Part shown: positions 1 through 12,200 of the stretch, one piece after another
Position numbering within the stretch: the stretch's first letter is position 1
How the letters are laid out: every line of letters starts with the position of its first letter
From: Macrostomum lignano
Taxonomy: Eukaryota
Assembly: GCA_002269645.1 (NCBI GenBank)
Contig: NIVC01000463.1
Coordinates: 62,001 to 126,000, forward strand
Length of the DNA: 64,000 bases
Direction: 5' to 3'
Program-made: the position numbers and the translations under genes
Notes under the pieces: generated by a model
The model's database searches: none
What the model saw: only the letters and a program-made list of their open reading frames with translations
Told to the model about the DNA's origin: nothing

Positions 1-212
1 GCCCAGCAACTGAGGATCTGGGAGGCTGGCCCAGCAACTGAGGATCTGGGAGGCTGGCCCAGCAACTGAGGATCTGGGAGGCTGGCCCAGCAACTGAGGA
101 TCTGGGAGGCTGGCCCAGCAACTGAGGATCTGGGAGGCTGGTGGCTCAGAAACTGAGGATCTGGGAGGCTGGTGGCTCAGCAACTGAGGATCTGGGAGGC
201 TGGCCCAGAAAC
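1..212. repeat. 28-bp minisatellite (GCCCAGCAACTGAGGATCTGGGAGGCTG), truncated by window start, downstream of Exo70 stop
   Basis: Unit restarts at 1, 29, 57...; last copies degenerate. Confidence 0.95.
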
Positions 213-294
213 TAAGAATCTGATGACCCAACCTAGAATAATTTCGAAAAAAATTGAAATCTACAGCATCAGAAGCTACAATTCTTGTCAAAAA

Positions 295-3200
295 TCAGAC
301 TCCGCGAAAGAACTCGTCGAGCATTCGCTCCACATCGTCCTTGGTGAACTTGATGTACTTGTCCTTCTTGGACGTGAACGGCACGTTGGCATACTTGTCC
401 CGAAACATGGCGTACCGATCCAATAGGAAAGCTTTGTTCTCGCGAATGAGATCCTGTCGGAGTTCGGGATCGGGCACCGAGTAATTGACCTGGGTCTTGT
501 GGACCGCTTGGAATTCTTCGTTGAAGCTCTGCGCGAATTTATTTTGTTTAAATTGACTATTGATGCTACTTTAAGTAGTGAAAATAAACGAAGAAATGAA
601 AATAATATAGTTTTCAGTACAAATCGATAGGACATTTACCTTAAACTTCTCTTTAATCAGAGCCTTATCCTTCTCGGATAGCTAAAATTATAAAAGAAAA
701 TTTTTTTTTGATTATTAATTGTGTTAATAAAAACTTATGTATTTAAAGCATAAAAATGTGCATCAAAAATGCTAGGGCAATGTAAATATAGGCGATTGGA
801 TGAAAAATGCTGTGGTACAACTTAATTAAGACGATTTTAAATACTCATCTGATTCCATATGGGATTTCATAGCTTCTCTGAGCCCTCACTGTCTAACCCA
901 GCCCAGCCCTCACTGTCTAACCTAGCCCAGCCCTCACTGTCTAACCCAGTCCAGCCCTCACTGTCTAACCTAGCCCAGCCCTCACTGTCTATCCCTGCCC
1001 AGCCCTCACTGTCTAACCCTGCCCAGCCCTCACTGTCTAACCTAGCCCAGCCCTCACTGTCTAACCCAGCCCAGCCCTCACTGTCTAACCTAGCCCAGCC
1101 CTCACTGTCTAACCTAGCCCAGCCCTCACTGTCTAACCTAGCCCAGCCCTCACTGTCTAACCCAGCCCAGCCCTCACTGTCTAACCTAGCCCAGCCCTCA
1201 CTGTCTATCCCTGCCCAGCCCTCACTGTCTAACCCAGCCCAGCCCTCACTGTCTAACCTAGCCCAGCCCTCACTGTCTATCCCTGCCCAGCCCTCACTGT
1301 CTAACCCTGCCCAGCCCTCACTGTCTAACCTAGCCCAGCCCTCACTGTCTATCCCTGCCCAGCCTTAACTGTCTAACCCAGCCCAGCCCTCACTGTCTAA
1401 CCCAGCCCAGCCCTCACTGTCTATCCCTGCCCAGCCCTCACTGTCTAACCCTGCCCAGCCCTCACTGTCTAACCCTGCCCAGCCCTCACTGTCTAACCTA
1501 GCCCAGCCCTCACTGTCTATCCCTGCCCAGCCCTCACTGTCTATCCCTGCCCAGCCCTCACTGTCTAACCCAGCCCAGCCCTCACTGTCTATCCCTGCCC
1601 AGCCCTCACTGTCTAACCCTGCCTAGCCCTCACTGTCTAACCTAGCCCAGCCCTCACTGTCTATCCCTGCCCAGCCCTCACTGTCTATCCCTGCCCAGCC
1701 CTCACTGTCTAACCCAGCCCAGCCCTCACTGTCTATCCCTGCCCAGCCCTCACTGTCTAACCCTGCCCAGCCCTCACTGTCTAACCTAGCCCAGCCCTCA
1801 CTGTCTATCCCTGCCCAGCCTTAACTGTCTAACCCAGCCCAGCCCTCACTGTCTATCCCTGCTTACTCCTCCCCCTCTATCCCTACCTCTATCCTATATG
1901 CCACAGTAAAGTGCATAGATACAATGGGAGATGCCAGATCAAATGGTAATCAACGTCAATCTACGGGCGTAAAAATAATTGAAGACAGACCTAACAGACT
2001 TTAGATCAGTACTAGGCAGGCATATAAAGGCACAATAAAATTGAATAACAACTGGTGCAGAAATCCTGTAAAGGGTGGTAAAAACATTGATCATAATGTA
2101 CTTTTCCCGGCATTTCGGATGCCATTCGCTGCTGACTTAGCGGCTTGTTCTTCTCCATCACGATTTCAAGCACACGAGCCCAGCTAAATTTGGCAGGCGA
2201 GGAAGAAAAGAGTGGGGTTTGAAATAAACAAGCTTTGTTATTACTTTTAGTAGACAATAGGCAAAGTAGTAGTTAAAAACAAGAAATAACATCAACCAAT
2301 ATTTTAGTACAAATCATTAATACTTAAATTTTTGTATTAAAAACGGATTAGTAACTAAAACAGTTAAAGATACATTCTATGCACAATAAATATTACTGTT
2401 TGTGACAAGTTTAGAATGCTTTGTTAAAATGTTGTTCATTGCGAAATTCGATTTAAATGTCTGCTTCAAAGTTATCTATGCTTTAAACAATTCCATTAAC
2501 CATTAAGCTTCTCTAGTGTTAATTGGTGCTCACGGAAGGAGTACCGGTTGTGGGTCGAATAACGTACGCGGGAAAAGGGTGGCGGGTTCACTAAAGTACA
2601 CGGGAAAAGGGTCACGGGTTCACTTAAGTACACGGAGAAGAGGGTGGTGGGTTCATTAAAGTACACAGGAAAAGGGTGGCGGGTTCACTAAAGTACACGG
2701 GAAAAGGGTGGCGGGTTCACTAAAGTACACGGGAAAAGGGTGGCGGGTTCACTAAAGTACACGGGAAAAGGGTGGCGGGTTCACTAAAGTACACGGGAAA
2801 AGGGTGGCGGGTTCACTAAAGTACACGGGAAAAGGGTGGCGGGTTCACTAAAGTACACGGGGATGAGGGTGGCGGGTTCACTAAAGTACACGGGGATGAG
2901 GGTGGCGGGTTCATTAAAGTACACGGGAAAAGGGTGGCGGGTTCACTAAAGTACACGGGAAAAGGGTGGCGGGTTCACTAAAGTACACGGGAAAAGGGTG
3001 GCAGGTTCACTAAAGTACACGGGAAAAGGGTGGCGGGTTCACTAAAGTACACGGGGATGAGGGTGGCGGGTTCATTAAAGTACAAGGAGAATAGGGTGGT
3101 GGGTTCATTTAAGTACACGGGGAAGGTGGCGGGTTCACTAAAGTACACGTGGAAGAGGATGGTGGGTTCATTAAAGTTCACGGGAAAAGGGTCGCGGGTT

Positions 3201-6200
3201 TACCAAAGTATACGGGGAAGAGGGTGGTGGATTCAAAAAAGAACACGAGGAAGAGGGTGGTGGGTTCATTAAAGTACACGGGGAAGAGGGCGCGGACTCA
3301 CTAAAGTACACGGGGAAGAGGGCGCGGACTCACTAAAGTACACGGGGAAGAGGGTGACGGTCTCACTAAATTACACAGGGAAGAAGGTGGTGGATTCATT
3401 AAAGTACACGGGGAAGAGGGCGCGGGCTTACTAAAGTACACGGGGAAGAGGGTGGTGGATTTAATAAAGAACACGGGAAGAGGGCGGCGGGTTAACTAAA
3501 GTACACGGGGATTCGTGTAAATTATGCGTCGGTAAAAGTGGCGGTCAATATTAAAAGCAATCACATCATAAAGAAGCAGAAAAAACTATTTTAAAAAAGC
3601 AACACATTAAAGAAAACAAATAATCAAACCAAATGCACAAGCAAACTAAAAGTACAAATGCGCTGCCTTTCCAAAGCGATATTATATAGTTACTGAGCTA
3701 ATACTAAATAAATAAATAAACAGCTTATTGACTGGCAGCGGCAAACCTTGACAACAACACTGGCATGCTTTGAATTGGCGCCGACGCCGAAGCGCCTAGA
3801 ATGCCCGTCACTATGCCCGCTACTACTGTTACCGACCGTTGGTTGGGCGGCGGACGCCGCTGCCGCCGCTGCAACACTCGCAACCTCCCCGCCAAGCTCT
3901 AGGGCTGCTGCGCATTTCTGCAATCTGCCAGGTCAGTAACGGTATTGGAGACCCGATGCTTAGACTGGGTGGGGTGGATGCTTAGACTGGGTGGGGTGGA
4001 TGCTTAGACTGGGTGGGGTAGATGCTTAGACTGGGTGGGGTGGATGCTTAGACTGGGTGGGTTAGATGCTTAGACTGGGTGGGTTAGATGCTTAGACTGG
4101 GTGGGTTAGATGCTTAGACTGGGTGGGGTAGATGCTTAGACTGGGTGGGGTGGATGCTTAGACTGGGTGGGTTAGATGCTTAGACTGGGTGGGGTGGATG
4201 CTTAGACTTGGTGGGTTAGATGCTTAGAGTGGGTGGGGTAGATGCTTAGACTGGGTGGGGTGGATGCTTAGACTGGGTGGGTTAGATGCTTAGAGTGGGT
4301 GGGGTGGATGCTTAGACTTGGTGGGTTAGATGCTTAGAGTGGGTGGGGTAGATGCTTAGAGTGGGTGGGGTGGATGCTTAGACTGGGTGGGGTAGATGCT
4401 TAGACTGGGTGGGTTAGATGCTTAGACTGGGTGGGTTAGATGCTTAGACTGGGTGGGGTAGATGCTTAGACTGGGTGGGGTGGATGCTTAGACTGGGTGG
4501 GTTAGATGCTTAGACTGGGTGGGGTGGATGCTTAGACTTGGTGGGTTAGATGCTTAGAGTGGGTGGGGTAGATGCTTAGACTGGGTGGGGTGGATGCTTA
4601 GACTGGGTGGGTTAGATGCTTAGACTGGGTGGGGTGGATGCTTAGACTTGGTGGGTTAGATGCTTAGAGTGGGTGGGGTAGATGCTTAGAGTGGGTGGGG
4701 TGGATGCTTAGACTGGGTGGGGTAGATGCTTAGACTGGGTGGGGTAGATGCTTAGACTGGGTGGGGTAGATGCTTAGACTGGGTGGGTTAGATGCTTAGA
4801 CTGGGTGGGGTGGATGCTTAGACTGGGTGGGGTGGATGCTTAGACTGGGTTGGGTAGATGCTTAGACTGGGTGGGGTGGATACTGAGTGACTGGGTTGAG
4901 TGGATACTGAGTGACTGGGTTGAGTGGATACTGAGTGACTGGATTGAGTGGATACTGAGTGACTGGATTGAGTGGATACTGAGTGACTGGGTTGAGTGGA
5001 TACTGAGTGACTGGGTTGAGTGGATACTGAGTGACTGGATTGAGTGGATACTGAGTGACTGGATTGAGTGGATACTGAGTGACTGGATTGAGTGGATACT
5101 GAGTGACTGGGTTGAGTGGATACTGAGTGACTGGGTTGAGTGGATACTGAGTGACTGGGTTGAGTGGATACTGAGTGACTGGGTTGAGTGGATACTGAGT
5201 GACTGGGTTGAGTGGATACTGAGTGACTGGGTTGAGTGGATACTGAGTGACTGGGTTGAGTGGATACTGAGTGACTGGGTTGAGTGGATACTGAGTGACT
5301 GGGTTGAGTGGATACTGAGTGACTGGATTGAGTGGATACTGAGTGACTGGATTGAGTGGATACTGAGTGACTGGGTTGAGTGGATACTGAGTGACTGGGT
5401 TGAGTGGATACTGAGTGACTGGGTTGAGTGGATACTGAGTGACTGGGTTGAGTGGATACTGAGTGACTGGGTTGAGTGGATACTGAGTGACTGGGTTGAG
5501 TGGATACTGAGTGACTGGGTTGAGTGGATACTGAGTGACTGGGTTGAGTGGATACTGAGTGACTGGGTTGAGTGGATACTGAGTGACTGGGTTGAGTGGA
5601 TACTGAGTGACTGGGTTGAGTGGATACTGAGTGACTGGGTTGAGTGGATACTGAGTGACTGGGTTGAGTGGATACTGAGTGACTGGGTTGAGTGGATACT
5701 GAGTGACTGGGTTGAGTGGATACTGAGTGACTGGGTTGAGTGGATACTGAGTGACTGGATTGAGTGGATACTGAGTGACTGGGTTGAGTGGATACTGAGT
5801 GACTGGGTTGAGTGGATACTGAGTGACTAGATTGAGTGGATACTGAGTGACTGGGTTGAGTGGATACTGAGTGACTGGGTTGAGTGGATACTGAGTGACT
5901 GGGTTGAGTGGATACTGAGTGACTGGGTTGAGTGGATACTGAGTGACTGGGTTGAGTGGATACTGAGTAACAAGTTTACTTTTTCAACTAAAAAATCAAA
6001 ATGCATTCAAACTAGTTGCACCTGTACAAAAATAAGGTTTAGCACACAGTACTGAAAAAATCATTGCAGCAATTAACACAGTGACATGTAATCAAAGCCA
6101 CTTTAGATAATTTTCAACTCACCCTCTGTTTAAATAGCTCTGCCGATTTTTATTTTGATGCTCTTCAAAGAATTTGATAGCCTCGTAATTGTACGCTTGC

Positions 6201-9200
6201 ACGGTGGCCGTCATCTTGTCCCTGCATTAAATTTGAGGTATTTTTATATACTACTCACTTAATAAGTAGACTAAGAATTTTAATGTGTTTTTTAAGTTGT
6301 AAATAAAAATTTTGGGGCTTGTGTTTACGAAAGTTGACCCAGGAGGTTGTGTTGTGCAGTTTACAGCCGAGGGCCAACCCCTAAAGCACGGAGAGTGTAC
6401 ATGCTTGAAGAATAGAAAGTCAACAAAGGGCCGCTGTACACCATGTGTGAGCGTGTGTTTGAGTACGTGCCTGCGTACAATATTGGCGCGCTTGTATGTT
6501 GCTCAGGAGTCAGCGGCTTGGCCAGAATTGCTTTGATGTCATATTGAAATAATACTTATTATTGTTAAGCCACGAATTTGGGTTTAATGAGACCAATGAA
6601 AACCAAAAACATGTCTCGAGCTCACCTCTCCAGTCGGTTCTGAACGTATCGATAATTATTGAGCAGGAAAATGGCCCGCAGAGCCGGATCTGAGTAGTGC
6701 TCAGCCCGGCTGTCCAGAGTCCGCAACAGATTAGCCAATGTCTGGCTGAGATAGGCGCCAAGCACCTTGTCTTTCTCCTTCTGTTGCTGCTGCTGCTGCT
6801 GCTGCCGGCCGCCATGCTGCTGCTGCTGCCGGCCTAAGATAACTTCTCTAGCCAAGATCTCGTGAGCCGTATCGCCGAAATCGTGCAACTGTTGCAGAAA
6901 CTTCAGCACCTTCAGCGTCAGCTCGTGCACCGTGCCGTCTGGCGGCAGGGACCGGCCGCCCGCGACTTCAGCTAGAACGCCTAGATCGCTGGCGCCGCCG
7001 CTGCCGCCACCGACAATGCCGCCACCGGGACCGGCGCTTCCGCCACCGCCGCCGCTTCCACTGCCGCCACCTGCGCCGCCGCCATCTTTCACAATCTCGT
7101 CGCGGAAATCTTCTAGACTACTACGAGCTTGAGTTTGCATGTCCTTAGCCAGGTCTTCTAGGCCGGCTTTGAAGGCTGGCGGACAGCTAGCAGCGGACAG
7201 GTCTGGTCGGAGATGACGCAAACGGTCCAGTACGGCAACAAGACGGAGCAGCGATTCGGGGTCTTGCTTGAATTCGCGGCGTACGCTGGCTTCGAAGGAC
7301 TGCCGATAAGAGAGGAAGGGGTGTGCGTTCTGTTGGAGCTGTTGCTATAGAATTGTAGTCCGAAATTGCAAACCGAGCGACTTTTAAATGTTTCTATGGC
7401 AACTGACTGTCCCAATCTGACTGTGAGTGACAATTGATACCAGTGACATTTGACTGTCAGTGACAATTGATACCAGTGACATTTGACTGTCAGTGACAAT
7501 TGACTGCCAGTGACGTTTGACTGTCAGTGACAATTGACTGCCAGTGACGTTTGACTGTCAGTGACAATTGACTGCCAGTGACATTTGACTGTCAGTGACA
7601 ATTGACTGCCAGTGACGTTTGACTGTCAGTGACAATTGACTGCCAGTGACGTTTGACTGTCAGTGACAATTGACTGCCAGTGACGTTTGACTGTCAGTGA
7701 CAATTGACTGCCAGTGACGTTTGACTGTCAGTGACAATTGACTGCCAGTGACATTTGACTGTCAGTGACAATTGACTGCCAGTGACGTTTGACTGTCAGT
7801 GACAATTGACTGCCAGTGACGTTTGACTGTCAGTGACAATTGACTGCCAGTGACGTTTGACTGTCAGTGACAATTGACTGCCAGTGACGTTTGACTGTCA
7901 GTGACAATTGACTGCCAGTGACGTTTGACTGTCAGTGACAATTGACTGCCAGTGACGTTTGACTGTCAGTGACAATTGACTGCCAAAGACAATTGACTGT
8001 CAGTGACATTTGATACCAGTGACAATTGATACCAGTGACAATTGATACCAGTGACAATTGATACCAGTGACAATTGATACCAGTGACAATTGACTGCCAG
8101 AAGCAGGGGACGGAGCTGCGTAGGCCCTGAAGAATCAAATGACAGGGATGCGCAGGCTCTGAAGAATCAGAGGCTCTGAAGAATCAGAGCACGGGGCTGC
8201 GCAGGCCCTGAAGAATCAGAGGACGGGGCTGCGCAGGTTCTGAAGAATCAGAGGACGGGGCTGCGCAGGCCCTGAAGAATCAGAGCACGGGGCTGCGCAG
8301 GCTCTGAAGAATCAGAGGACGGGGCTGCGCAGGCCCTGAAGAATCAGAGCACGGGGCTGCGCAGGCTCTGAAGAATCAGAGGACGGGGCTGCGCAGGTTC
8401 TGAAGAATCAGAGGACGGGGCTGCGCAGGCCCTGAAGAATCAGAGGACGGGGCTGCGCAGGCCCTGAAGAATCAAATGACGGGGCTGCGCAGGCCCTGAA
8501 GAAAGTTGCTGTAAAGTACGGACAAAACAAAGAAGCAATTTATCCCAGAACCGAAGCACTTACGTGAACATCCTCAAACATATTCTCCTTGGCCTTAGCA
8601 ACTATTTGATCAACTAACTGTTGAGGCCGATCAAATTTAAAGCCAAACAATGGCAGTGTTAGCGATTCGAGCTGTGAGAATATTTCGGTTGCAAAATAAT
8701 GAGTAGCGGATAAAAGTTTACATACAGAAAATTAAAATTAATGTTTGAAAAAGATATTTCTCGGACAAACGCACCATTGCCATACGGAGAAACGCGGTTA
8801 ACATGGCGTTGACATCGTCTGCGTCTAAATCCGATTGGTCTACGGAGTCAAATAGAGCCGGCTGTTGGGTAAGAGCTGTTGGCCTCGATTTCCTGAGCGC
8901 GAGGGTAGAGCGGCTTAGAATAGGGTGCTGAGATTATCGAGGGGTAGAGTGGCTTAGAATAGGGTGCTGAGATTATCGAGGGTAGAGTGGCTTAGAATAG
9001 GGTGCTGAGATTATCGAGGGGTAGAGCGGCTTAGAATAGGGTGCTGAGATTATCGAGGGGTAGAGTGGCTTAGAATAGGGTGCTGAGATTATCGAGGGGT
9101 AGAGCGGCTTAGAATAGGGTGCTGAGATTATCGAGGGGTAGAGCGGCTTAGAATAGGGTGCTGAGATTATCGAGGGGTAGAGTGGCTTAGAATAGGGTGC

Positions 9201-12200
9201 TGAGATTATCGAGGGGTAGAGTGGCTTAGAATAGGGTGCTGAGATTATCGAGGGGTAGAGCGGCTTGAAATAAGGTGCTGGGGTTAGGGTGGGGCCAGGA
9301 GGGGAACTGAAGTGGCTTGGACTCGGGATAGAGTGGCTTGGAGTCGGGATAGAGTGGCTTGGAATGATGATAGAGTGGCTTACGCTCGTACAGCATAAAT
9401 TAGAGCAATCTAACAACTTTTCAAATTGGCGCCAAAACTGTTAAAAAACTAACTACCAAAATCATGATCAGCAGCTTTATAAAATAATCTGGCAAGAAAA
9501 GTACTACGAATACTTTTAAATCGTTATATTATTTTACTAATTCGCACATTGCAGGATTTTAACACGAAGAAAATCAGCACTTTATATAATAACACAGTTA
9601 TTCAAAGAAATGCAATTAAAAATGATAGTACTTATACATACTACTTATAGTACAGTACTGTCGTATATTCTACTCATTTTTTACTACTTTATTTTCACTT
9701 GTCTGCTAATAAAGTTTACCGTCGTTCAAGAAATATAATCGAATTCGATCGAGGCTGAATTGATTTAACAAACTCCTGTGTGCTACTATAAGTAGGGCAA
9801 TTGCAAAGAGAAGAAAAGTTTATCATTTTATTGAAAAAAACTAATATTCAGTCAATTTTAGTCGAACAAAACACAGAATAACAGAAAACAAAATTGAGCT
9901 CACATTTTGCGCTGCAGAGTGGCTACCTTAGACGGGGTGTCTCTGGGACCGCCTCGACGAGCCTTAAATTGATTAATCGTCAGTCATGTACACTTGACCT
10001 ATTACTGTTAGTAAAGCAAATTGAATCAATTTTGAAACTTACTAGTAAAGGCGAAGTGCCGAATGTTGTGCTAACAGTGCCAGTGAGGGAGTCGCGAAAT
10101 CTGATGGGATGGACAAATCGTCTTAGTCGAAAGTAGATTTCGTTTCTGAAACCTATTATTTGATTACTCCTGCCCGAACTCTGTCTCTTTGGGGTCTCAT
10201 CATGCTTGGCTTCCATCTTGAGCACTAGTCTCATCATGATTAGCTTCCATCTTGAGCACTAGTCTCATCATGATTAGCTTCCATCTTGAGCACTAGTCTC
10301 ATCATGATTAGCTTCCATCTTGAGCACTAGTCTCATCATGATTAGCTTCCATCTTGAGCACTAGTCTCATCATGATTAGCTTCCATCTTGAGCACTAGTC
10401 TCATCATGATTAGCTTCCATCTTGAGCACTAGTCTCATCATGATTAGCTTCCATCTTGAGCACTAGTCTCATCATGATTAGCTTCCATCTTGAGCACTAG
10501 TCTCATCATGATTAGCTTCCATCTTGAGCACTAGTCTCATCATGATTAGCTTCCATCTTGAGCACTAGTCTCATCATGATTAGCTTCCATCTTGAGCACT
10601 AGTCTCATCATGATTAGCTTCCATCTTGAGCACTAGTCTCATCATGATTAGCTTCTATCTTGAACAATGCAGAACGTATCTCTTACTTTTTCAGCGATGA
10701 GCATAGCGACAGAGACCGAACTTCAACATAGACCTGACTGTACTCAGCAGTCTTGCCCTGGCTATCCAGCCAGTCTGTGATGATGCGCAGCTCTTGCAGT
10801 TGCTTCTCGCTGAATTTCGGAAGAAATTCTACAATTATAAAATATGCCAGTATAGTTTTGTAAGTACCTTTTTGGATTATCGCACTTGACCACTTATAGG
10901 TGTGCCACCGTTCCTATCTGAATCTGGTCACTTCAGAGTGCTTTATTCGAATCTGAATCTGGTCACTTCAGAGTGCTTTATTCGAATCTGAATCTGGTCA
11001 CTTCAGAGTGCGCTATTCCAATCTGAATCTGGTCACTCTAGAGTGCGCTATTCCAATCTGAATCTGGTCACTCTAGAGTGCGCTATTCCAATCTGAATCT
11101 GGTCACTCTAGAGTGCGCTATTCCAATCTGAATCTGGTCACTCTAGAGTGCGCTATTCCAACCTGAATCTGGTCACTCTAGAGTGCGCTATTCCAACCTG
11201 AATCTGGTCACTCTAGAGTGCGCTATTCCAATCTGAATCTGGTCACTCTAGAGTGCGCTATTCCAACCTGAATCTGGTCACCCTAGAGTGCGCTATTCCA
11301 ATCTGAATCTGGTCACTCTAGAGTGCGCTATTCCAACCTGAATCTGGTCACTCTAGAGTGCTCTATTCCAACCTGAATCTGGTCACCCTAGAGTGCGCTA
11401 TTCCAATCTGAATCTGGTCACTCTAGAGTGCGCTATTCCAACCTGAATCTGGTCACTCTAGAGTGCGCTATTCCAACCTGAATCTGGTCACTCTAAAGTG
11501 CGTTATTCCAACCTGAATCTGGTCACTCTAGAGTGCACTATTCCAACCTGAATCTGGTCACTCTAGAGTGCGCTATTCCAACCTGAATCTGGTCACTCTA
11601 GAGTGCGCTATTCCAACCTAAATCTGGTCACTCCACAGTGCGCCTAGAAAGTTTTTTAACCCGACCCAACAGTTGCTACGTACATCTAATCAGGTCAGGT
11701 CCTTTGGTAAAATTTAAAGTTATAAAAAGAAAAATATTAGCAAACCTTTCAAATTCACAGCGCCCACTCCAGCTAGACTGAGACACTTATCTGGCTGCAG
11801 TCGCTCAGAATAAGTTATTGAGGTTAGAAGTTCTTTAAATTTGTCCCGCAGACCTTTTGAGCCTTCAGTGATGATATATTGCTGTACAAAAGAAAGTTAA
11901 AAATTAATTTAAAATTATATATAACAAACTAGGTTTCAAATTGTAGGGAACAACATCTACTTACAAGATTTTCTGCATTTTTCTCCTGTGGCAGATAGGT
12001 TGCAAAGAAATCCAGAGATTCTTTTGCCTTGACAAGCGAGGCAACATAGTCTTCAACATTGCTTATTCTAGAGTTATTTTAAACAATTTTATATTAAATA
12101 TTTAGTATTATAAAATATACTTCATTTAAAATATTTTTTAACTTGCTTACTTTGACTGTTTTAGCTCTTGAATATACTTTTCTGTAGTGTCTTGATAAGA

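Noticed and set aside
2535-2565. tRNA/SINE-like GGTTGTGGGTCGAAT
   Set aside because: No cloverleaf, acceptor stem or A box could be built.
3955-4876. Interstitial telomeric repeat (GGGTTAG in some units)
   Set aside because: It is a single embedded heptamer in variant units, never tandem TTAGGG.
859-5830. Long repetitive ORFs 859-1368, 3030-3272, 4850-5830
   Set aside because: They are translations of stop-free minisatellite units inside Exo70 introns, on the opposite strand.
7300-7345. Longer 5' extension of the large Exo70 exon (acceptor at ~7345)
   Set aside because: The acceptor at 7300 has the better pyrimidine tract and gives a length colinear with Exo70; the extension is not needed, though not excluded.
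11640-11702. Possible small Exo70 exon after 11746
   Set aside because: It has an in-frame stop in the required phase; 11746 joins 10828 cleanly.
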